From Myxococcota bacterium (lineage in GTDB: Bacteria > Myxococcota_A > UBA796 > CAJQPC01), in assembly GCA_036012755.1 (NCBI GenBank), contig DASCPX010000016.1, forward strand, positions 1 to 64,000: a stretch of DNA of 64,000 nucleotides, written 5' to 3'. The position numbers and the translations under genes were made by a program. Every line of letters begins with the position of its first letter. Within the stretch, counting starts at the first letter, position 1. The notes beneath the pieces are model-generated. The model was given only the letters and a program-made list of their open reading frames with translations, was not told the origin of the DNA and searched no databases. Positions 9,834-18,465 of the stretch are shown here, one piece after another.

Positions 9834-10763
9834 GTGCGAGTCGTCGTCACCGGGGGCGCAGGCTTCCTGGGCTCCTTCGTCGTCGAGCGCCTCCGCGCAC
9901 GGGGTGAAGACGTCTTCGTCCCGCGCTCCGCAGACACCGACCTGAGACAGCCAGAGGCCTGCCATCGGCTCATCCAGCAGCAGCGACCGGACCTGGTGGT
10001 GCACTGCGCCGTCAACGGTGGCGGCATCGGGTACATGGGCACGCACCCCGGGAGCGTGCTCTTCGACAACGTGACGATGAGCACGCACCTGATGGAGGCC
10101 TGCCGCCTCGGCGGCGTCGACAAGTTCGTGGGTGTCTCCAGTGTCTGCGCCTACCCCCGCATAGTGCCGATGCCGATGACCGAGTCGGACCTGTTCGAGG
10201 GCTACCCGGAGCCGAACAACGCCGGCTACGGCCTCGCCAAGCGGATGATGATGGAGCAGGGTCGGGCCTACGCGAAGCAGTACGGCTTCAACGCGGTGTT
10301 CCCGATGCCAACGAACCTCTACGGGCCCCGCGACATCTTCGATCCGGCGCGCTCCCACGTGGTGCCGGCGCTGATTCGGAAGTGCATCGAGGCCCGCGAT
10401 CGGGGGGACGACCACATCATCGCGTGGGGGACGGGGACGGCCACGCGCGAGCTGCTCTACGTCGAGGACTGCGCGGACGCCATCGTCGCGATGGCTGAGC
10501 GCTATGACTCGTGGGAACCGGTGAACATCGGCAACGGGCAGGAGTTCACCATCCGCGAGCTCGTCGAGACGGTCGCGTCGGTCTGCGGCTTCACCGGCGA
10601 GGTGCGCTGGGACACGGACAAGCCCGACGGCCAGCCCCGCAAGTGCCTCGATGTGTCACGGGCCGCCGAACGCTTCGGCTGGCGCGCGCAAATCGACCTC
10701 GAACAAGGGCTCCGCCGAACCGTCGATTGGTTCGTGGCCAGCGGCCTTCAGGGCAGCAGGTAG
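9834..10763 (+). CDS. fcl: GDP-L-fucose synthase / ColC-like epimerase-reductase
   Basis: TGGAGFLG, GGIG, SSVCAYP, YGLAK, PTNLYGP, SHVVPAL, WGTG..TRE, KPDGQP. Confidence 0.9.
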   Translation: MRVVVTGGAGFLGSFVVERLRARGEDVFVPRSADTDLRQPEACHRLIQQQRPDLVVHCAVNGGGIGYMGTHPGSVLFDNVTMSTHLMEACRLGGVDKFVGVSSVCAYPRIVPMPMTESDLFEGYPEPNNAGYGLAKRMMMEQGRAYAKQYGFNAVFPMPTNLYGPRDIFDPARSHVVPALIRKCIEARDRGDDHIIAWGTGTATRELLYVEDCADAIVAMAERYDSWEPVNIGNGQEFTIRELVETVASVCGFTGEVRWDTDKPDGQPRKCLDVSRAAERFGWRAQIDLEQGLRRTVDWFVASGLQGSR

Positions 10764-11236
10764 AGCACTCCGGCGACCACCATCAGGCTGACCGCGGTCG
10801 CCCCGCAGAGCATCATCAGCGCAGCCGTGTGGCCACTGTCGAGGCCCTCTGCGCACGCCAGTGGGCTCATCGGGGACCAGTCCTTGGGGAGCTTGTTCTC
10901 CGGGGCCTCCGTCAGCCCTGCGAGCCGCTTGAGGAAGCGGTCGAGGAGATCCTGCTCCGCCTCGGGCGTGTCGATGAAGCGAAGCCCCGAGATCGTGCTG
11001 CCGGCGGCGGCCTCGCGACACCACACCAGTCGCGCGCGCAGGTGCACCTCGTCAGAGCGCATGCGCAGCCTGAGCGCGATGGGCCGGTCCGGTTCCGGTG
11101 GGGCGCCCTTCACCGAGATCCCGCCCTCCGACAGATCGAGGGTGCTCCAGTTTCCGCTGCTCTCGCCCTGGGTCCAACCTGCAAACACCAGGGCCAGGAG
11201 ACGATCGTGTGCACGAGTCTGCTCTGCGCGATGCAT
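10748..11236 (-). CDS. PilZ-domain protein with C-terminal TM
   Basis: RAHDR (RxxxR), DLSEGG (DxSxxG), ARLVW, GLRF. Confidence 0.8.
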   Translation of the reverse strand: MHRAEQTRAHDRLLALVFAGWTQGESSGNWSTLDLSEGGISVKGAPPEPDRPIALRLRMRSDEVHLRARLVWCREAAAGSTISGLRFIDTPEAEQDLLDRFLKRLAGLTEAPENKLPKDWSPMSPLACAEGLDSGHTAALMMLCGATAVSLMVVAGVLYLLP

Positions 11237-11281
11237 GCGATGAGTATGAAAGAAGTTCTGCGACGGCCGGCTTTCATGTCC

Positions 11282-12532
11282 ATGTCACGCTACGCTTTTG
11301 CCGTGATCCTGCTGCTCTGCATCGGCTGCTTGGAGCGCGTGACCGGGGAGGCGAAGTCCCTTCCCGAGGCGTTCACCGTGGGCGTGGAAGAGGGGGGCGT
11401 CGTCGTGGAGCACGGCGAGTTCGTCCACGATCCGAACGCCGACCCGTCCAGCGCGCTCTTCGGCGACTACGAAGGGGACACGGTGACCGTGACGGGCATC
11501 GTCACGAGCGAGGTCGACGCCGCAGTGGATGTCGACGTCCAGACCTCTGACCCCTCTTCTGCGGGGGGCATGACACAGCTCGGCAAGGTGCTCATGGAGG
11601 CCCCCGGAGAGATCACCTTCGCGGCCCCAGTCGACTTCGGCGACCTCACGCTCCAGGCCTTCCAGGACGCGACGGGGGACGGGCCCAGCGACGACGACCC
11701 CTTCGCCGCCGTCAGCCTGACCATCGGCGACACGGACGTCACGGGAGTCGAGATCGACCTCGTCGTAGGCGCACGCTCCGAGGCACAGCTCGCGGCAGGC
11801 AGCGGCACCGACATCTTCGGCGAACACGACGGTGAGTGGACGGTGCTCAAAGGCACCGTCACGAGCCCGCTGGAGGGCGGGGTGGACTTCGACGTGCGCG
11901 TACCCGCGTCCGATGGCGCCAGCGGCGATGCCTACCTCGGCAAGGTCCAGTTCCCTTCAGCCGGGGAGTACTCGTGGAAGGTGCCGCGGGACCACGGGAT
12001 CCTCCTCTTGCAGGTCTTCCAGGACACCAACACCAACGGCCCGGACGCCAGCGACCCCTTCGCCCAGGTCGAGGTGGAGATCGGCGACGTCGAGATCGTC
12101 GAGCTGGACATCGAGCTGTCGACGGGGGGCTACTCCGCGCCGAGCAGCGAGGGCGCCGCGCCACCAGTTGCCGCCGGCGCCGGAGGCATCGCCCAGGCGC
12201 TGTTCGACGACCTCGGGGACTCCCCGGTCACGGTGAGCGGCACCCTGTCCGCCCCGGGCATCGAGGGCGCCGTCATCGACGTCGACGTCTTCGCGGTCGA
12301 TCCCCAGGGTCACGGAGGTCGCCGCTACCTCGGCAAGCTCAAGTCGGAACCGGGGGCCTTCAGCCTCGAGGTGCCCCGCAACTTCGGGGCGATCGAGCTC
12401 GAGGCCATCATCGACGAAGCCAGCGATGGCCCCACCCCCGGCGACCCCCGCGGGGTCTACACCGGCAACCCTCTGCAGATCGGGACCGTCGATCTCGCCG
12501 GCGTAGACATCGTCGTCCTGACCTCCGGCTAG
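11282..12532 (+). CDS. Acidic lipoprotein with three tandem beta-sandwich repeats
   Basis: MSRYAFAVILLLCIGC; three copies of ..LGK...G.....VP..FG...L..FQD...GP...DP. Confidence 0.75.
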   Translation: MSRYAFAVILLLCIGCLERVTGEAKSLPEAFTVGVEEGGVVVEHGEFVHDPNADPSSALFGDYEGDTVTVTGIVTSEVDAAVDVDVQTSDPSSAGGMTQLGKVLMEAPGEITFAAPVDFGDLTLQAFQDATGDGPSDDDPFAAVSLTIGDTDVTGVEIDLVVGARSEAQLAAGSGTDIFGEHDGEWTVLKGTVTSPLEGGVDFDVRVPASDGASGDAYLGKVQFPSAGEYSWKVPRDHGILLLQVFQDTNTNGPDASDPFAQVEVEIGDVEIVELDIELSTGGYSAPSSEGAAPPVAAGAGGIAQALFDDLGDSPVTVSGTLSAPGIEGAVIDVDVFAVDPQGHGGRRYLGKLKSEPGAFSLEVPRNFGAIELEAIIDEASDGPTPGDPRGVYTGNPLQIGTVDLAGVDIVVLTSG

Positions 12533-12580
12533 CTCGATCGAGGCGTCGCGGGTTAGACTGCGCGGCCAGAGGAGCCCCAA

Positions 12581-14065
12581 ATGACACTCGTTCTCCTGGG
12601 AACCGCGTTCGCGCAGGATCTCACTCCCGACGAGCAGGGCGACCTGATCGTCTCGGAGTTCATGGCCGAGCCACAAAAAGTGCCCGACTACTACGGGGAG
12701 TGGTTCGAGATCACGAACGTCTCGGGCAAGCTCAAAGACCTCAACGGCCTGGTGGTGGAGGGCAGCTCCAGCGGAGAGCTCGTCGCCCTGTCGGGCTCGC
12801 TGTTGCTCGAACACGAGAGCTCGTTGGTGCTCGGCGTCCACTCGGACACGGGCGACAACGGCAACGTGGCGATCGACGTCGAGTACAGCTTCGCCGACTT
12901 CTCGATGAACCGAAGCGGCGACACGATCCGCCTGACCTACAACGGGAACACGGTCGACGAACTCATCTGGACCAGCGCCTGGAACGTGCCCTCGGTCTCG
13001 AGCTTCCAGGTCGGGCCCCAGGGCTACGGCGAGTGGGCGAACGACCTGAACAACAACTGGTGCAACTCGGACCGGTACATCGACGGTGGGGTCGGGCTCT
13101 TCGGCACCCCGGGCGAGGAGAACGACTACTGCAACGACGCCGGAGAGGACGCTGACGGCGACGGCTACTCCGAGCAGGAGGGGGACTGCGACGACAGCGA
13201 CCCATACGTCAACCCCGGTGCGGTCGATGGCACGGAGGATCCCTTCGGAGAGACGGACGACGACGCCGACTGCGACAACGAGCGGGACGACGGGCTCGTC
13301 GACAACGACGGTGACGGCTTCACCGGTGTCGACGGCGACTGCAACGACGACGACCTGAACATCAACCCCTCGAAGTCCGAGGGCAAGGACGCGGACGGGA
13401 TCGACAACGACTGCAACTGCTGGATCGACGACATCGACGCCGACGGGGACAGCTACCCGAACTTCGATGACGCCGACTATGTCGGCTACTCGGACCCCAA
13501 GGTGGAGGAGCTCTTCTGCGATCCAGAAGACGTCGGCGACTGCGTCGACGACGGCGTGATCGACGGGGTCTCCGCGGTGGACATCCACCCCGGAGCCACC
13601 GAGACGCCGTACAACGGAGTCGACGAAGACTGCGACGGCGTGGACCTCTGTGATGTCGACGGCGACGGCTATGACTCCATCGAGTGCGACGCCGGCGGGG
13701 ACTGCGACGACGACAACCCGGACATCCACCCCGGCGCCCCGGACGCCACCTCCGAGCCCGACGGTCTCGACAACGACTGCGACGGCATCATCGACAGCCC
13801 CGACCGGGACGGTGACAAGTACATGGTCGCGGACGGTGACTGCGACGACAACAACCCGGACGTGAACCCGGGCGTGGCCGAGCAGTGCGACGACTTCCTC
13901 GACAACAACTGTGACGGTTTCTACAACGAAGGCTGCGACTACCCGGCCTTCGAAGCGACAGTCCAGGGCGGCTCCCTCATCGGGTGCAGCGCGCTGTCCT
14001 CTTCGAGACCAGCCGGCCTGGTGCTGTTGTTCGGTGGTCTCCTCCTGATCCTCCGTCGCCGCTGA
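12581..14065 (+). CDS. Lamin-tail domain plus Cys/Asp-rich metal-binding repeats, MYXO-CTERM-like tail
   Basis: LIVSEFMAEP...GEWFEITN...GTPGEEN; repeated DCDD..P.I/V.PGA and DG.DNDC; ends GCSA...LVLLFGGLLLILRRR. Confidence 0.85.
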   Translation: MTLVLLGTAFAQDLTPDEQGDLIVSEFMAEPQKVPDYYGEWFEITNVSGKLKDLNGLVVEGSSSGELVALSGSLLLEHESSLVLGVHSDTGDNGNVAIDVEYSFADFSMNRSGDTIRLTYNGNTVDELIWTSAWNVPSVSSFQVGPQGYGEWANDLNNNWCNSDRYIDGGVGLFGTPGEENDYCNDAGEDADGDGYSEQEGDCDDSDPYVNPGAVDGTEDPFGETDDDADCDNERDDGLVDNDGDGFTGVDGDCNDDDLNINPSKSEGKDADGIDNDCNCWIDDIDADGDSYPNFDDADYVGYSDPKVEELFCDPEDVGDCVDDGVIDGVSAVDIHPGATETPYNGVDEDCDGVDLCDVDGDGYDSIECDAGGDCDDDNPDIHPGAPDATSEPDGLDNDCDGIIDSPDRDGDKYMVADGDCDDNNPDVNPGVAEQCDDFLDNNCDGFYNEGCDYPAFEATVQGGSLIGCSALSSSRPAGLVLLFGGLLLILRRR

Positions 14066-14075
14066 GAGGTTTGTC

Positions 14076-15767
14076 ATGCTGCAGCTGCTGATCGGCCTCG
14101 CCCAGGCCCAGTCGACACAGACGGTCGACATCGATCGCTTCAAGCCCCCCAGTGACCACTACGGCTACCTGGCCACCGAGTCGGCCGAGACCCTCGGCCA
14201 CCTCCAGGTCGGCGTGGGCGTCTGGGCCAACTACGCGGACGACCCGGTGGTGCTCGTCGACGGCGACGGCAACCGGGTCGGGGTCCTGCCAAACGGCGAA
14301 GGCGGCCCCGTCGAGAGTCGCATGGTGGCCAACGCCCACCTGGGAATGGGCCTGACCAACTTCTTCAGCGTCTCGGCCGACTTGCCCGTGGTGCTCCTGC
14401 AGCAGGGCTACCGCATCGACGGCCTCTCCCAGCTGGACGCACCCGCACCGATCGCCAGCGACGGCCTCGGCGATCTGAGGGTCACGCCGAAGGTGGCGCC
14501 CGTGTCTCGAGACGAGTTCCCCGTCGGAGTCGCGCTCTTGGTGCCCGTCACCTCCCCCACCGGCGGCGACCTCGGCTTCATGTCCGAGGACGCCTTCACC
14601 GTGAACCCGACCCTGGCGCTGGAGCTCTCGGACGCGAGCGTGTGGCGCCGGCAGTACAAGTGGCGCGCCGCCGTCAACCTCGGCTACCTCGTGCGGCCAG
14701 CGGATCGGGCCCGTGACGTCCAGACCGGCTCGGCTGTGACCTACCGCGCAGCCGCCGCCTTCCGGGTCGGCAAGCCCGCCGAGGTCGTCGTGGACGTCTT
14801 CGGCCAGACCTGGGGCGCCCAGAAGAACCAGGCCCCCCTGGAGGCCGCCCTCGGCATCAAGTTCCTCATCGGGCCCTGGCTCACAGCGAACATCGGCGGC
14901 GGCGCCGGCCTCATCCCGGGTCTCGGCACCCCCGACTACCGCGCCTTCGTCGGCCTCTCCGCGGCCCCCTCCTTCGACCCGAACGCCAGGGACACCGACA
15001 AGGACGGCGTGCCCGACGGCGAGGACCGCTGTCCCAAGCACCCAGAAGACCTCGACGGCTTCCGGGACACGGACGGCTGCCCCGACACCGACAACGACGG
15101 CGACGGCATCGAGGACGACATCGACAAGTGCCCGGACGACCCAGAGGACGACGACGGGTTCATGGACAACGACGGCTGTCCCGAGCCGGACAACGACAAC
15201 GACGGCATCAGCGATCTGCTGGACCGCTGCCCGAACGAGCCAGAGGATCTCAACGGCTTCGAGGACGACGACGGCTGTCCGGACGTGGCCGACAGTGACG
15301 GCGACGGCTTCCTGGACGACGTGGACCGGTGTCCCTACGACGCAGAGGACTTCGACGGCGTCGAGGACAACGACGGCTGTCCCGACGATGACCGGGTCGT
15401 GGTCAAGGAAGGCCGCATCCAGATCAACGAGAAGATCTACTTCGAGTCCGGAAAGGCGATCATCAAGCCGGAGTCCTACGACCTCTGCGACGAGATCGCC
15501 CAGGTGATCAACGCCAACCCGCAGCTGCTGCTGATCCGCGTGGAAGGCCACACAGACAGCGACGGCTCGGACGTGTCGAACCTCAAGCTGTCCAGCAACC
15601 GGGCAGCATCCGTGAAGACCTACCTGGTCTCCAACGGAGGCGTGGACGCCGGTCGCCTGACCAGCGTCGGGCTCGGAGAGAGCTCACCGATCGACACGAA
15701 CGACACCGACGCGGGCAAGGCCAACAACCGGCGCGTCGAGTTCATCATCGTGAAGGAATCCGACTGA
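14076..15767 (+). CDS. OmpA-family outer-membrane protein with TSP3 repeats (TraB-like architecture)
   Basis: N-terminal beta-barrel, D.D.DG..D..D.CP repeats, IYFESG, VEGHTD, LS..RA..V, NRRVEF. Confidence 0.92.
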   Translation: MLQLLIGLAQAQSTQTVDIDRFKPPSDHYGYLATESAETLGHLQVGVGVWANYADDPVVLVDGDGNRVGVLPNGEGGPVESRMVANAHLGMGLTNFFSVSADLPVVLLQQGYRIDGLSQLDAPAPIASDGLGDLRVTPKVAPVSRDEFPVGVALLVPVTSPTGGDLGFMSEDAFTVNPTLALELSDASVWRRQYKWRAAVNLGYLVRPADRARDVQTGSAVTYRAAAAFRVGKPAEVVVDVFGQTWGAQKNQAPLEAALGIKFLIGPWLTANIGGGAGLIPGLGTPDYRAFVGLSAAPSFDPNARDTDKDGVPDGEDRCPKHPEDLDGFRDTDGCPDTDNDGDGIEDDIDKCPDDPEDDDGFMDNDGCPEPDNDNDGISDLLDRCPNEPEDLNGFEDDDGCPDVADSDGDGFLDDVDRCPYDAEDFDGVEDNDGCPDDDRVVVKEGRIQINEKIYFESGKAIIKPESYDLCDEIAQVINANPQLLLIRVEGHTDSDGSDVSNLKLSSNRAASVKTYLVSNGGVDAGRLTSVGLGESSPIDTNDTDAGKANNRRVEFIIVKESD

Positions 15768-15871
15768 CGAGGAAGGGTGGGGGGCCAAGCGCAGGAACAG
15801 GCCGCACCCCCGAGGTGTCCATCGGCCTCGGGTGTGCGTGATATACGTTCGCCCGCCCTTTGGAGTCCGAC

Positions 15872-16804
15872 ATGAAGAAGCGCATCGCGCTCGCAGTCGC
15901 CGCACTGCTCGTTCCCAGCATCGCCTTCGCAGGAGCCACCGCGTCGTCGTTCAAGAAGGAGACGAAGAAGGGGACCAACTTCTGGGCCGCCAACGCGGCG
16001 ATCGACGGCAAGCTGGAGACCGCCTGGATGGTCCCCGGAGAGAGCCCCAACCGCGGGGAGTGGATCATGCTGGATGTGCCCAAGGGCGACATCGACAAGA
16101 TCGGCATCTTCCCCGGCTTCGGCAAGTCGGACGAGACCTACACCGACCACCCGCGGGTGAAGCGCCTGCAGGTCGAGGTGCTCTGCTGCGCCGGCGACCC
16201 GAGCATGGAGCTCGCCGGGACCACCCACCTCGACGTAGAGGACAAGGCCGAGTTCCAGGTCATCGACATCGACGATCTGCAGATCGGCAACGATCTCTTC
16301 GGCGGCGCCGTGAAGATCTCGGTGGTCGACATCTACGAAGGCGTCGACTTCCCGAACCTCGCGGTGAGCGAGGTCCTCGTCTACATGAAGGAGTTCGACG
16401 CCGCGGCGGCGATCCTGTCGACCTCGACCGAGTCAGAGGGCCACTCGGCCATGGACATGATCGACGACAACGCCCGGACCTTCTTCGCGACCCCGAGCGC
16501 GGGGGCGACCTTCACCTTCAACGCCGATGGCTTCGGGCTCTCCAGCCTCGATCTGACCCCGGCCCCCGGCTACGACCGACCCAAGAAGGTCAAGGTCATC
16601 GTCGATGGCACCCGCGAGCGCGACTACGAGCTCCCGGACAACGGCAAGGGCGACATCCACATCGAGATCCCGGCGACCTACGGCTACACGGGCACCGCGA
16701 GCTTCGACGGCGTCGAGGTGCGGATCCTCGAGGTCTACGGCGACAAGGGCGAGCTCGGCATCGCGGAGCTGAGGGCCAAGGCCACGCACTTCGAGGGTCT
16801 CTGA
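15872..16804 (+). CDS. Secreted discoidin/NADase-type glycan-binding domain protein (two domains)
   Basis: Classical signal MKKRIA...AFA; ASS...AIDGKLETAW...GEWI...PGFGKS...PRVK; second DDNARTFF unit. Confidence 0.7.
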   Translation: MKKRIALAVAALLVPSIAFAGATASSFKKETKKGTNFWAANAAIDGKLETAWMVPGESPNRGEWIMLDVPKGDIDKIGIFPGFGKSDETYTDHPRVKRLQVEVLCCAGDPSMELAGTTHLDVEDKAEFQVIDIDDLQIGNDLFGGAVKISVVDIYEGVDFPNLAVSEVLVYMKEFDAAAAILSTSTESEGHSAMDMIDDNARTFFATPSAGATFTFNADGFGLSSLDLTPAPGYDRPKKVKVIVDGTRERDYELPDNGKGDIHIEIPATYGYTGTASFDGVEVRILEVYGDKGELGIAELRAKATHFEGL

Positions 16805-16810
16805 TCCGCG

Positions 16811-17590
16811 CTACTCGCTGAGCAGCTGGAGATAGAACTCGAGGCGGTCGTTCTCCAGCGTCCCCTCGCCAAGGGGCGCCCACCCGTAGCCCTCGATGGG
16901 GGTGAACACGATGTTCTCGAGCGGGAAGTCCTTGTACTCGTACTCGGCGGCGAAGCCGATGCTGGTCTCCTCCAGCTCCGGCACGGCGGCGGCGAGGGTG
17001 CTGCAGTCACCTTCGAGGGTCTCACCTCCCGAGGCGGTGAAGGCCCAGGCGGCGTCGCAGGGCTCGCAGTCGGTCGGCTTCGAGACCAGGGTGGTCGAGG
17101 TCCAGAGCCAGATGCAGCTCGTGACGTCGTCCTCGAAGTAGAGCCCGACCTCGCCGTCGAAGCCGCTGGAGACGTCGACCTCGCCGAAGAGCAGCGCTCC
17201 GGGTTCGTCGCCAGGCTCCCCGGTGTCGTACTCCCAGGTCGCTCCGTCGACGACGAGCCTGACGTACATCACCTCGGTGGCGCCGTGCTCGTCCATGGCG
17301 ATGATCTCCAGCTCCGAGTACTCGAAGGTCTCCTCGGGGGGGCTGAAGGTGCCGCTGGTCCCGTTCCGGGGGAAGTCGAAGCCGACGGGGGCGTGGGGGA
17401 ACAACAGCTCGATGTCGTCACGCTCCCGGTCGACGACCTCGATCTCGATGTCGACGCTCCCCCCGGCGCTCACGATGATCGGGTCCGGCAGGAAGGGGAT
17501 GCCGAAGATCCGCTTCACGGCCAGCCCGTTGACCGTCATGAAGCGGGGCTCGGTGTTCGTCCCGATGCAGCCGAGCGCGAGCAGGATCAT
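16811..17590 (-). CDS. Lipoprotein, hypothetical (TBDR operon)
   Basis: MILLALGC; ATGA overlap with the upstream gene; CxW...CEPC motif. Confidence 0.75.
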   Translation of the reverse strand: MILLALGCIGTNTEPRFMTVNGLAVKRIFGIPFLPDPIIVSAGGSVDIEIEVVDRERDDIELLFPHAPVGFDFPRNGTSGTFSPPEETFEYSELEIIAMDEHGATEVMYVRLVVDGATWEYDTGEPGDEPGALLFGEVDVSSGFDGEVGLYFEDDVTSCIWLWTSTTLVSKPTDCEPCDAAWAFTASGGETLEGDCSTLAAAVPELEETSIGFAAEYEYKDFPLENIVFTPIEGYGWAPLGEGTLENDRLEFYLQLLSE

Positions 17591-18465
17591 CGGACCTCCA
17601 CGGTCTGGACGACCCAGTGGTTGTCAGGGGCGGAGACCCCTTCGCGGCCGTTGAAGACGACCACGACGGCGACGCGCGGCGTGCCCTGCTCCGGCAGGGT
17701 CCAGCGATTGGTCGTGCTCGTGAGGCCCTCTGGCCAGGCCGCGTCGTCCTCGACGTAGCCGTGGGCGATGGTCCAGCCGGTGTCCTCGAGCACCCCGTCG
17801 TCCACGTACCAGAGGAAGTCGGCTCCCCGGAGGTCACCCTCCACCGAGAGCGTGACCTCGATGGTCTCCCCAGCCCCCGCGCTCTCCGGCACGTCCAGGT
17901 CGATGCGGGAGCTCCGAAGAGACGTGGGGAACTCCGTGTCCACAGGCTTGGTGTTCCAGCTGACCCACCCGGCGGCGAAGACCGGCTGCTCGTCCACCGA
18001 GCCCTCCAGGACCAGCGGCAGCTCGTGGGCGCAGGTGTTGCCGCCCCTGTCGAGGCCAGTGTCCGCCGTTCCGGAAGACCCGCTGTCCCAACCCCCGCTG
18101 TCCCACCAGATGACCCCACACTCGTCGATCTCGGGAGTCGGCGGCGGAGTGAACTGCAAGGAGTTGCCTGTGCCTTCGGCGATGCGGACGATCTCGCCGG
18201 GGTCCTGGAAGCAGTTGAGATCACCGATGTAGGTCACGACGTCCCGCCCCAGGGCGCAGGTCTCCAGCGAGTAGCCGCCGAGGTCTCCCCCGCGAGGGGC
18301 CAGCAGGAGCCACTCCAGGGTGTACTGGTGATCGGGCTCCACCCGCGGGGGGTCCAGCGCCATCGCGACGATGCGCGGGTGCTCGATCCGGTACTCGGTG
18401 GCGAGGTAGACCGTGCGCGAGGCGAAGAGCTCGCCGAAGCAGCCGCTGAGGACGAAGACGAGCAT
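17587..18465 (-). CDS. TBDR-associated lipoprotein
   Basis: MLVFVLSGC; TGATG overlap with the TBDR stop; PRIVAMALDPP, FLWYVDDG. Confidence 0.8.
   Translation of the reverse strand: MLVFVLSGCFGELFASRTVYLATEYRIEHPRIVAMALDPPRVEPDHQYTLEWLLLAPRGGDLGGYSLETCALGRDVVTYIGDLNCFQDPGEIVRIAEGTGNSLQFTPPPTPEIDECGVIWWDSGGWDSGSSGTADTGLDRGGNTCAHELPLVLEGSVDEQPVFAAGWVSWNTKPVDTEFPTSLRSSRIDLDVPESAGAGETIEVTLSVEGDLRGADFLWYVDDGVLEDTGWTIAHGYVEDDAAWPEGLTSTTNRWTLPEQGTPRVAVVVVFNGREGVSAPDNHWVVQTVEVR

Noticed and set aside
13140..15390. Repetitive GACGAC/GACGGC DNA resembling an array
   Set aside because: These are coding Asp/Cys-rich and TSP3 repeats; there is no constant repeat with unique spacers and no cas gene
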